A stretch of 22,389 nucleotides of DNA from positions 1 to 22,389 of the forward strand of contig JANRJA010000072.1 in the NCBI GenBank assembly GCA_033764315.1, given 5' to 3'. The translations under genes and the position numbers were made by a program. The stretch is from Oculatellaceae cyanobacterium bins.114. Its GTDB lineage: Bacteria > Cyanobacteriota > Cyanobacteriia > Elainellales > Elainellaceae. The notes beneath the pieces were generated by a model, which was given only the letters and a program-made list of their open reading frames with translations, searched no databases and was not told the origin of the DNA. Positions 8,432 to 16,452 of the stretch are shown piece by piece (position 1 is the first letter of the stretch; each line of letters begins with the position of its first letter).

Positions 8432-8508
8432 AGGATCGTAAATATTGAGAAAAGAATATAGAGATTTGCTAGAAAACTTAGCTAGATCACGCTATTTTGT
8501 CAGTCCAA

Positions 8509-8534
8509 TGCACAAACGATTTAGGATTGCTATA
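8509..8534 (-). repeat. Solo MITE/IS-like terminal repeat remnant
   Basis: The minus strand reads TATAGCAATCCTAAATCGTTTGTGCA, resembling a dispersed cyanobacterial repeat terminus as I recall it. No partner arm was found. Confidence 0.45.
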
Positions 8535-8693
8535 TGTTAAGTAGTAGTTACATAATCGCTTGATGACGATAGGTAATCATTGGACAATTTATTTCAGTTA
8601 ATAACATACTGAAATCGTATTTTTTTGTAGACTCACAATAAAACTTACCTAAAGAAAACCTTTGCTATCAGAGCTTTTGTTGGCACTAAACTA

Positions 8694-9185
8694 CTAAGGT
8701 AAAACAAACATAACCCCTTCTTGGCGCAACATTTCAAACGTGCGGATGCAGGGAATATTTAGTTCCCGACAAACTGCCGGAATCTTGACTTTTCTTCGCT
8801 CACCCTCCACATAAATCTCATGAGATACAACCGTATGGCTATGTGCTTTAGCATAAGCAATTAAGAATGGATCAGCCCCAGATAAGAATACTCTCTTAGC
8901 GTCTTCTTTGTGCGGTGCGCTCTGTACCCAAGTACTCACCGTCGTCATTGTACGGATAGCAGGTTGATCAAGTGGCAAGAAAAAGCTACTTCCTTTATCA
9001 GTCACCCATTGTGATAGGTCATCCGAAAATGAACTCAGTTCTATCTGAACACGATCTATGCTGAATACTTCACCTTTTTGGTTCTGTTGTTCCAGCCAAT
9101 TCCAAAATCCCGGACATAGATCGAAGCCATAATACTCGTTTTTGGCTTGAATAAATATGTTTGAGTCGAGTAGGTAGGCCATCAA
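8694..9185 (-). CDS. DUF4411-family PIN-like protein
   Basis: YLLDSNIFIQAKNEYYGFDLCPGFWNWL, ADPFLIAYA, VVSHE and KIPAVC. Confidence 0.88.
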   Translation of the reverse strand: MMAYLLDSNIFIQAKNEYYGFDLCPGFWNWLEQQNQKGEVFSIDRVQIELSSFSDDLSQWVTDKGSSFFLPLDQPAIRTMTTVSTWVQSAPHKEDAKRVFLSGADPFLIAYAKAHSHTVVSHEIYVEGERRKVKIPAVCRELNIPCIRTFEMLRQEGVMFVLP

Positions 9186-9189
9186 AATA

Positions 9190-10341
9190 TCAAATAGAAA
9201 ACGTTAATTCTCTAGCCAATTTGTGGAATGTCTCTACCTTAGGTAGTCCAAGTAGTCTAAGTGCATCTCGGTAAGGAGTACGACCCTCTAAAGTGCTTTC
9301 AACCAATGCTCGAATAAACTGATGACTTAAGCGAGACAGTTGAGTTCGATAAAAGTCTCCCCCTCCTGTCTGCTGGCTAGTAGACTCTTGAAACCTTTCC
9401 TGTTCGATCTGATAGCGTTCCTGAAAAGTACTTGGAGAAATTAACTCACTATCACGCATTCGCCGCAAAATTACCAGGGAACTCACTTTAAATCGCTGGG
9501 TTAGGGTGTGTAACCAGTTATCTTGGGACGCCACTTCCGCCCATTGTGCCAGTAGCTCAGCAGATGGCACAAGTAACTCAGCAGCAACTTGGTTGCAAAA
9601 TTGCTCTACTCCATTGTGTTCAACATAGGTTTTGTCTAAATTAGACACCCCAGAAACACCAACCCAGATATGAACCAGTTCATGGGCTAAAGTGAACATC
9701 TGAGCTGCTTTAGTATCTCGTCCATTAATAAAGATAAGCGGTGCATAAGCATCAGATAAAGCAAAACCCCGAAACTCCTCTACAAAGAGTGGTCGATGAG
9801 TATTGTTACCAACAATACCCGTCCGCATGACTAGTACTCCTGTGTTTTCAATTTGCTCTATTTGCAGACGCAAAGCTTCTTCCCAGTTATGGGCACGTTG
9901 CCTGACATCAAAGCCAACGACCTGGCGAATGTGGTCAGCAGCTTCTAGCTCAGGCAAATTCTGTGACAGGCTATCTACAAACGGTAATGGCTCTCGTCCG
10001 CGAGTTATTAACTCTTCTCGAAACCAGCTCTGAATCTGCTGCGCTTGATCAAGAGTTGCTAACAAAGAAGGACTAGGATGGTTAATTTCCTCGTTGCCTA
10101 AAGTCCGGAAATCAGGAATTGGTAATAGTTCTTGAGGTGGTACAGGCAGGTATAGGTATCCAAAGGGAATGTGAGTCACTTTAGCCAGTTTTTCAGCCTG
10201 ATTGAAGCTTAGTTCCCCAGTTTCTTCCCAATCTACTACTTTTTCAGGTTTGACCTGTATTTTTTTTGCCAATGCTTCCACACTAAGCCCAGAGCGTTCA
10301 CGCGCCCAGCGCAAAATGGTAGGTTGCAGGCTAATGTTCAT
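9190..10341 (-). CDS. XRE HTH plus ImmA/IrrE-family (DUF955, COG2856) zinc metallopeptidase
   Basis: N-terminal HTH (LRWARERSGLSVEALAKK...VVDWEETG), PDFRT, FRGFAL, PLIFING, FTLAHELVH (HExxH), EQFCNQVAAELLVP and GGGDFY. Confidence 0.92.
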   Translation of the reverse strand: MNISLQPTILRWARERSGLSVEALAKKIQVKPEKVVDWEETGELSFNQAEKLAKVTHIPFGYLYLPVPPQELLPIPDFRTLGNEEINHPSPSLLATLDQAQQIQSWFREELITRGREPLPFVDSLSQNLPELEAADHIRQVVGFDVRQRAHNWEEALRLQIEQIENTGVLVMRTGIVGNNTHRPLFVEEFRGFALSDAYAPLIFINGRDTKAAQMFTLAHELVHIWVGVSGVSNLDKTYVEHNGVEQFCNQVAAELLVPSAELLAQWAEVASQDNWLHTLTQRFKVSSLVILRRMRDSELISPSTFQERYQIEQERFQESTSQQTGGGDFYRTQLSRLSHQFIRALVESTLEGRTPYRDALRLLGLPKVETFHKLARELTFSI

Positions 10342-10538
10342 GACTTGCGAATTATTTCAGCGAAATCCAAGAAGGTATCAGTATTCTAGTTCAAATGAAC
10401 CTAATATGTTATGGCTCTAAACTTTACTATAGCCAAACAGTATCGTGTGATTCAAACGACATAGAATTTGCTATTCCTGCTTGTCGTAATGCATTTTACG
10501 TAATCACCTTTGTCAGTTGTTTAACAACATCTCCTGAA

Positions 10539-11624
10539 TTATCTAGAATTTTCTAAGAACTTGCCGTTTGGGTCGATGTACTGCCATTGGCGATCGCGCT
10601 CGACCCAGGCAAACCCCTCCGAAAAAGAACCCACGCTTGTGAATTGGGGGGCGATCACAACTTCGCCTGTTTTGTTGATATAGCCAAAGGAATTGCCCAC
10701 CTTAACCGCTGCAAGCCCTTCTGAAAAGTCAGCCGCAAAGTCAAATTGGGGTTCAATGACCACAGTGCCTGTGCGATCGACATATCCCCATTTAGCCCCG
10801 ACTAAAACAGCCGCCAAGTCTTCTGAAAAGTCAGAGGCAAAGTCAAATTGAGGAGTAAAGGCAGGTTCACCCGTCTCGTTGATAAAGCCCCATTGACTGC
10901 CAATGCGAACTCTCGCCAACCCATCAGCAAAGCCAAAGGCTCCATCAAACTTAGGTTCAATGGCGATCGCCCCGGTTTTGTCTAAGTAACCCCATTTTGT
11001 GTTGACTTTCACGGCAGCCCGCTCTTCTGAAAAGCTCCAGGCATCTGCAAATCGAGGCTGAATCACCCATCGACCCGCTCGATCAATAAACCCATAGGCA
11101 TTATCAACTTTGACGGCGGCTAATCCATTTGAGAACTCAGCAGCCAGGTTAAATTGGGGTTCAATCACTAATTCCCCATCTGGGTTAATGTAACCGTAGC
11201 GATTGCCAGGGCGAACGGCAGCGAGTCCTTCTGAAAAAGGGGTAGCACTGGCATATTGAGGGGGCACAATCACTGCTCCCGTTCGATTGATGTACCCATA
11301 GACCTGGTTAACTCGCGTTAGTGCCATATCATCTGAAAAAGGGGCGATCGCTTCTAGCACTGGGTCAACAGCGATCGCTTCACTGCCAGTATGGTCAATA
11401 TAGAGATAGCGATCGCCTATCCGCACAGCGGCTAACCCCTCTGAAAAATCGGAGGCAAAATCAAACCGTAAAATCGAATCATCCATTCTCTGACTGTTGG
11501 TAGGCTGATGAGAGCGTTGGTGGAGTGTCATCAACTCAAGTGTCGGCTCCGAATGAATTGGCTGAACACAGGAGGTCAACGCCAAAGCGAGATAACCGAG
11601 CCACACTTGACGAATGTGTTTCAT
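10539..11624 (-). CDS. WG-repeat (KWG/WG_beta_rep) lipoprotein
   Basis: Lipobox-like LALTSC; about 9 repeats of F-S-E-G-L-A-x-V...W/Y-G-Y/F-I-D/N-x-x-G-x-x-V-I-x-P-x-F; ATG at 11624 preferred over GTG at 11630. Confidence 0.92.
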   Translation of the reverse strand: MKHIRQVWLGYLALALTSCVQPIHSEPTLELMTLHQRSHQPTNSQRMDDSILRFDFASDFSEGLAAVRIGDRYLYIDHTGSEAIAVDPVLEAIAPFSDDMALTRVNQVYGYINRTGAVIVPPQYASATPFSEGLAAVRPGNRYGYINPDGELVIEPQFNLAAEFSNGLAAVKVDNAYGFIDRAGRWVIQPRFADAWSFSEERAAVKVNTKWGYLDKTGAIAIEPKFDGAFGFADGLARVRIGSQWGFINETGEPAFTPQFDFASDFSEDLAAVLVGAKWGYVDRTGTVVIEPQFDFAADFSEGLAAVKVGNSFGYINKTGEVVIAPQFTSVGSFSEGFAWVERDRQWQYIDPNGKFLENSR

Positions 11625-11786
11625 ACACACCTTCTAGGAGAGAATAAACTGATTTGGTTCGGTCCAGCAATTGCAAAGCAGCTTCCTTAATGGGTAATCG
11701 CTACAATTTAGCTAGAATTTACCGAGTCTATGAGAAGACTTCATCGCCCTTTGGTGTCAACTTTAGACGAAGTAGCCGTCGTTCAT

Positions 11787-12587
11787 ATGCATCAACAATT
11801 TCATTCCTGGTTTTTGTTCACTCAAGCCGTTGTCGTGTTAACTCTGACGGGTTGTGCTCAACTGATATCTCCCAATAGTCCGACAACCCCTACTCCGATG
11901 GCGTCTGTTACTCCAACATCGAGCCTCACGCCTGCAAGCCCGACTCCAGGCGTAGATTCTGATGTGTTGTGGGAGCAAGCACTCGAACGAGCAACCAGCG
12001 CAGAGGGGTTGTCTCAGTCAGCCCAATCTCGTGATGATTGGAGGCTCGTTAGCAATCGTTGGGAGCAGGCGATCGCCCTACTACAAAGCATTCCGGTCAC
12101 TGATCCTCGTCATGGCGAAGCCGAGCAAAAAATTAATGCTTACAAAAATCAACTAACGGCTGCTCGACAACGAGCCAATATCACCACACCCGATGTCACC
12201 CTAACGGCTCCGGTAGCAGACCCTGCCTCACCCAGTGCTACGGCTTCACCCAGTCCGTCTACCAGTCAGGCGATCGCGTTAGCCACCCATCTCAGCACCC
12301 TTGGCACAACGCTTTATCTGGTGAATGATGAAACCTGTACTGACTGTCAGCGACAGCGCGATCTATTAGGGGCAGAGGCGATCAGCAAGCTCAATGTTGT
12401 TAGTTGTGCTCCTGCGGCTAGTCCGACTAGTCCGGCTAGTCCAGCTAGTCCTGCCACCCCTGACCCTTGCCGTCAAGCCAATATCACCGCATACCCCACC
12501 TGGAGCATTAACAATCAACTTTATCCGGGTGTGCAATCGTTAGAGCAGTTAGCAGAATTATCGGGGTTTGAAGGGAATGCAGGATGA
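11787..12587 (+). CDS. Putative lipoprotein with Pro/Thr/Ser linker, helical domain and C-terminal thioredoxin-like (VKOR-associated type) domain
   Basis: Lipobox LTLTGC; AQSRDDWRLVSNRWEQAIALL helical motif; LATHL...CTDCQRQRDLLG...C...CRQANITAYPTWSINNQLYPGVQSLEQLAELSG. The ORF track gives an upstream start at 11730. Confidence 0.75.
   Translation: MHQQFHSWFLFTQAVVVLTLTGCAQLISPNSPTTPTPMASVTPTSSLTPASPTPGVDSDVLWEQALERATSAEGLSQSAQSRDDWRLVSNRWEQAIALLQSIPVTDPRHGEAEQKINAYKNQLTAARQRANITTPDVTLTAPVADPASPSATASPSPSTSQAIALATHLSTLGTTLYLVNDETCTDCQRQRDLLGAEAISKLNVVSCAPAASPTSPASPASPATPDPCRQANITAYPTWSINNQLYPGVQSLEQLAELSGFEGNAG
12417..12452 (+). repeat. 4 x 9-bp in-frame tandem repeat encoding (A/T)SP
   Basis: GCTAGTCCG ACTAGTCCG GCTAGTCCA GCTAGTCCT. 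Confidence 0.9.
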
Positions 12588-12748
12588 GAGGGAACTGTCT
12601 CTATGTAAGCTAGTCTAGAAAGGTTGGGTAAGCTCTTTAGGGGGGCAGTGTGATTGGCAGCACATCTTGGCAGCACACCAAGTTTAAGGCTGCAACGAGA
12701 CTAGACACCAACGCAAGCGAATACTGAAAAGGTAACAGAGTAACGGGA

Positions 12749-13069
12749 ATGAGCAACAGATACGCCAGACAAAACCAATATGCCGATCGCTTACCTCGCC
12801 TCACATCTCATGCAAAATCGGAGGCGATCGCAACTACAGCCACCTACGGGTTGCGTTCTAGTAAAACCATCGACCTCTGTTGTTTAGCAATTTGCTCTTG
12901 TGCCTTAACGCTGTTGTGCCACTCCCTTAGCAGCGCACCTCAGACTCAGACCAGCAGCTATTCTGTTCAGACGTCTAGCCAGTCATCAGCCCCCATCTCT
13001 AACGCGGTTTCTTCCTTTAAGCTGTTTACGCTGTCTGCATCTAAGCCAGAGATCGAAGAAGAAGAGTAA
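12749..13069 (+). CDS. Hypothetical protein with one hydrophobic Cys-rich segment
   Basis: Only sizeable ORF in the gap; ATG preceded by a purine-rich tract; Ser/Gln-rich C-terminal half; no recognised family. Confidence 0.45.
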   Translation: MSNRYARQNQYADRLPRLTSHAKSEAIATTATYGLRSSKTIDLCCLAICSCALTLLCHSLSSAPQTQTSSYSVQTSSQSSAPISNAVSSFKLFTLSASKPEIEEEE

Positions 13070-13108
13070 AGGGGAAAAGGAATAAGACGCTAAGGTGTGC
13101 TTTTGCTC

Positions 13109-13447
13109 TCAATGACCATGCGTCGGACAAGGGGGAGCCGAGATCGAGCGGTCGAGCCAGCCTTCGGCCTGTTGCAACCGCAGCAAGGCTTCTTCAGGGT
13201 TATTTTTGAGTAGATAAACCAGGGCGATCGCGGCTTGTTCGCTAGCGCGAGCTTTGCGGTTTGACTTGAGCCGATGCCAATCAGTGGGGGCGATCGCCAA
13301 CCGCTCTGCCAGGGCTTGAGCCAATTCTGTGGTGCTCAGGTCTGACAAGTGACTAGTTTTAGGATTCGATAGGGTAGTTTCAGACATCAAAGGACGAACT
13401 GAGGTCGGGTCAGGCATAGTTATGTCAGGCATAGTTGCGTCAGGCAT
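13109..13447 (-). CDS. DUF6439-family conserved cyanobacterial protein (start uncertain: 13486, 13447 or 13387)
   Basis: ELAQALAERLAI...DWHRLKSNRKARASEQ...QQAEGWLDRSISAPPCPTHG. Confidence 0.75.
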   Translation of the reverse strand: MPDATMPDITMPDPTSVRPLMSETTLSNPKTSHLSDLSTTELAQALAERLAIAPTDWHRLKSNRKARASEQAAIALVYLLKNNPEEALLRLQQAEGWLDRSISAPPCPTHGH

Positions 13448-13448
13448 A
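13409..13448 (-). repeat. 3 x 15-bp tandem repeat (MPDAT-MPDIT-MPDPT)
   Basis: GTCAGGCATA at 13409, 13424 and 13439. Confidence 0.85.
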
Positions 13449-13536
13449 TAGTTCTCTAAAATCAAGTTGCACGAGTAAAATGCCAACAGTCTTAGTGTTG
13501 AATGAACCGCTTATCTCTTAACTCTACTACGTCAGC

Positions 13537-13896
13537 ATGAAGCCATCTCAAGACCCACCCTCATCAGACGAGCAAACGTTTGAGCAGACGCTTGCAGAAG
13601 TAGAGCGATCGCTAGCGGCCCTCAAGGCTCGTTATGCTCAGACACGAGCTGACCAACAACAACAAGCCGAGTTGCAACAGCAGTTGCGATATAGCCAGGA
13701 TCAGCTGAAATATAACCCCAGCAGTGCTTTGCAAACTGAGATCAAGCAGATCAAACAGCGTTTGGAAGAACTCGAAATTGCTTTAGAAAGCCAGTTATTT
13801 TCGTGGAAAGGGTTAAAAGAAATTTTTTGGTTGGCAGTGCGTTTTGGAGGAATTGGCATTCTGTTGGGATGGATTTTGAAATCTTGTGCGGGTTAA
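13537..13896 (+). CDS. Hypothetical coiled-coil protein with C-terminal membrane anchor
   Basis: Heptad Gln/Glu/Leu-rich helix followed by LESQLFSW...FWLAVRFGGIGILLGWILKS. Confidence 0.8.
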   Translation: MKPSQDPPSSDEQTFEQTLAEVERSLAALKARYAQTRADQQQQAELQQQLRYSQDQLKYNPSSALQTEIKQIKQRLEELEIALESQLFSWKGLKEIFWLAVRFGGIGILLGWILKSCAG

Positions 13897-14204
13897 ACCA
13901 GCCCCAAATGATGCAAAACTTCATGGATTTTTTTTAAGCCATAGTACGAGATCGTTACCTCAGCGATCGCTCTATATCGGCTCTTTAAATCGCTCAAAAC
14001 CTTATCAATAAAAGGTTTTCCGTAAATTGAGCTAACTCTTTTCGCCTTTCAAAGTCATTAAATCTTCTTGCAACTTGCCACACAGAATGAGAGTGTGCGC
14101 TTCAATAAAATTCAGTTGTCCAGACGGTGTATTGAATAGGAGTTTACCCACCCGTTACAAACTGTAACAGGTTGCGTGGGCGGTGCTAAGTCTGGTTTGA
14201 GCTG

Positions 14205-14510
14205 ATGAATGGATTGAGCAAAATTATGAACTGGTATTCGCAACTGCCTCGTCTCATTTTAAGTTTTTATCGCGAAGACCCCATCCAGTTGCAGCAGTTG
14301 CAACTCATTAAATCTTGCCGATTGTCAAGACGCTGGGGTGTATTGCGCATTGAGTGTCGAGATTGGCAAACTGCCAATGCCATCCAAGGGGCGATCGCCT
14401 TAATAAGAGAGCCAGTCGCACAATTACGTCTGGCTCAACAAATCAACATTCTTGTTCAAGGCTCACTTGTCAAAACGTTGCCTGTGCACCCGTTTAAGAT
14501 CACAACCTGA
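14205..14510 (+). CDS. Conserved hypothetical cyanobacterial protein (alternative start 14226)
   Basis: Well-formed ORF (LILSFYREDP...SRRWGVLRIEC...IREPVAQLRLAQQI) filling the gap and converging on DoxX. Confidence 0.7.
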   Translation: MNGLSKIMNWYSQLPRLILSFYREDPIQLQQLQLIKSCRLSRRWGVLRIECRDWQTANAIQGAIALIREPVAQLRLAQQINILVQGSLVKTLPVHPFKITT

Positions 14511-14553
14511 ACGATCGAGCCTAAAAATTTAGCCGTCACTTGAGGCGTTAACC

Positions 14554-15093
14554 TCACTTTTGAGACACAGACTCTGCGGTTTGATAAGACGTTTCGAGAG
14601 CTTGACGCTGCTGTTCTGCAACTTCTGGCGCAAAAGCGTTCAACAAGCCTGCGAGCAGAGCATCGAGTGAGAACAACCCACCCCCATTCACCGCATAGAA
14701 CAGGAAACAAGCTGCATAGAGTGCCGAGAGTTCTAAATAAGGAATGCTAAAGCCTGCCACTTTGATGTGGTGATACATGGCAACTAGCATAGTTGAGAAC
14801 AGTCCCAGTGCCGCAGGTCGCGTAAACAACCCCAGTGCCAACAAGGGAGCACCAATCAATTCGGTGTAGCCCGCCAAATAGCTAAAGAAAACTGGGAAGG
14901 GCAGCCCAATCACTTTGACATAGGCTTCGGCAAAGCTTTCGATGTTAGATAGCTTATCTAGTCCGTTGTGGAACATAACAATGCCAGCAACAACGCGCAA
15001 AATTGTCCAGACAATCTGAGAAGGATAATTGGGTGCTAAATTTGGGCGAAGTGCCGCCACTGCTAAGGCTGTCAGGCGTTGAATGATAGTCAT
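14554..15093 (-). CDS. DoxX-family membrane protein
   Basis: ILRVVAGIVMFHNGLDKL, GLPFP, ELIGAPLLALGLFTRPAALGL and GGGLFSLD. Confidence 0.92.
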   Translation of the reverse strand: MTIIQRLTALAVAALRPNLAPNYPSQIVWTILRVVAGIVMFHNGLDKLSNIESFAEAYVKVIGLPFPVFFSYLAGYTELIGAPLLALGLFTRPAALGLFSTMLVAMYHHIKVAGFSIPYLELSALYAACFLFYAVNGGGLFSLDALLAGLLNAFAPEVAEQQRQALETSYQTAESVSQK

Positions 15094-15126
15094 GATGGCT
15101 CAGCAAGGATGAAACGATTAGGAAAG

Positions 15127-15163
15127 CTTGTTAAGAAATATAACGATCTTTAATTATTGTAAC
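15127..15163 (-). promoter_or_regulatory. Candidate HLR1-like (RpaB-type) direct repeats upstream of doxX
   Basis: Minus strand GTTACAAT-AA-TTAAAGAT-C-GTTATATT-TC-TTAACAAG partially matches KTTACAWW-NN-KTTACAWW. Confidence 0.35.
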
Positions 15164-15231
15164 TGTTTTCCCTGGCACTGTTTGCTAATTGAGGCGTCTT
15201 GTGCAGATATATCAACTACCAAAACATTTGA

Positions 15232-15453
15232 TATAGCCGCAGTCACTTGGGTTAGGACGGGGCACAGGGGCTTCGTCGTGAGGTTCAGCGTTTGACAGCT
15301 CGACGACTCGACTGAGCCATCGCCGAACGTCTGAGCTTATGCCGAAGTCCGAATGGTGGAATCCCCTTTAGCTTGAGTACTTATGTCGAAAGCTGGTTGG
15401 GAACGCTGCCCCCACACTCCCTCTGTCCTAAATTTAAAGTGGCGGTAGCTATA
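15232..15453. mobile_element. MITE-like element (222 bp) with imperfect TIRs and TA ends
   Basis: Left end TATAGCCGCAGTCACTTGGGTTAGGAC; right end (reverse complement) TATAGCTACCGCCACTTTAAATTTAGGAC; non-coding interior. Confidence 0.75.
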
Positions 15454-15804
15454 ATTGACACGGGTTTTGGGTCGAGGGATGTCAAGTCGCCTTACTCACG
15501 ACTCAACCCGGTTTTAAGTCATTTTAATAGCATTCAGTTTGATCAAAAGTAGACGGCGATCGCCCAGCTTGAGCAACCTGGTTTTTCTGCAAGGGATGTG
15601 CTGAACAGCGCTCTACACCGGGTATGTGAGCTGATCAATGGATGATGGAAGTAGACCGCAAAGCAAGGCTCGATAACCAAAATCGGCTGCGGACATTACC
15701 GCTCAATCACACTAAGGATGTAACCCTCTTTTGCAGCCATGATGCGGTTGAGTTTGCTGCGTTTGCTAACGAATCCAACCGTTCGGGTGCCAAAGTTTGA
15801 TTGG

Positions 15805-16452
15805 TTAATGAGTTTCTTGAACCCATGCTCGGAGCAGTTGTAGAGCTTTTACTAGCCCAATCGTGTCGCTTTGCTGAATAAATTGAATGATTTGAATGGC
15901 AGGTAAACCTGAAAAAAGCGCACTCTTGCCCTGTTCAATATAGCGATCGCCCTGGAGCTGATAGATCAGCAGGTTGCCATTCAACACGTCGTCTCCTGCC
16001 TGAGTAATATAACGCCACACTTCAGGAATGTTGAGATCGGCATAGAGTGATAACTTATCAAATGTGCTTTTGGTGATGACGATTTCAACGGCTAAATCAG
16101 GGGAAGCATCTTGAGTCAAATCAGCTAGATGTCGGTTGTCAGGAACGGGGTAGCGCACATAGTAGCCCCCATCCACTTCTACTGCACAACCTCGATGGTC
16201 TGCTTTGAGTAATAGAGGGAGACAAGATTCAATGGAGAGGTCTAACTCATCGGCTAACAGCAAAATTAGAGATTCGATCAGCTTGTTGCAGCGATCGCGC
16301 TCAGGGAGTGGAGTCAGCATCTCTAGCTTGCCGCGATCATAGGTGAGGCGGGCAATGCGCTCTTGTCCCAGTTCGGCTAACAAGGCTTCAAATTTTTGCC
16401 AACTCACATTGGAAAGGAGAACAGGTTGTTCGGTTTGAGTCGGTTTTTTCAT
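15805..16452 (-). CDS. Uma2-family (DUF820) endonuclease-fold protein
   Basis: VLLSNVSWQKFEALL, RLTYDRGKLEMLTP, PDLAVEIVIT and KLSLYADLNIPEVWRY; ATG at 16452 overlaps the upstream TGA (ATGA). Confidence 0.9.
   Translation of the reverse strand: MKKPTQTEQPVLLSNVSWQKFEALLAELGQERIARLTYDRGKLEMLTPLPERDRCNKLIESLILLLADELDLSIESCLPLLLKADHRGCAVEVDGGYYVRYPVPDNRHLADLTQDASPDLAVEIVITKSTFDKLSLYADLNIPEVWRYITQAGDDVLNGNLLIYQLQGDRYIEQGKSALFSGLPAIQIIQFIQQSDTIGLVKALQLLRAWVQETH

Noticed and set aside
10539-11470. Periodic DNA similarity (TCTGAAAAG...GCAAAGTCAAATTG) resembling an array
   Set aside because: Fully explained by the WG protein repeats.
12654-12677. TTGGCAGCACA direct repeat x2
   Set aside because: Only two short copies; most simply a slippage duplication.
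13996-14019. AAAACCTT-N8-AAGGTTTT hairpin reminiscent of cyanobacterial CRISPR-leader segments
   Set aside because: No array follows; at most a small dispersed hairpin or terminator.
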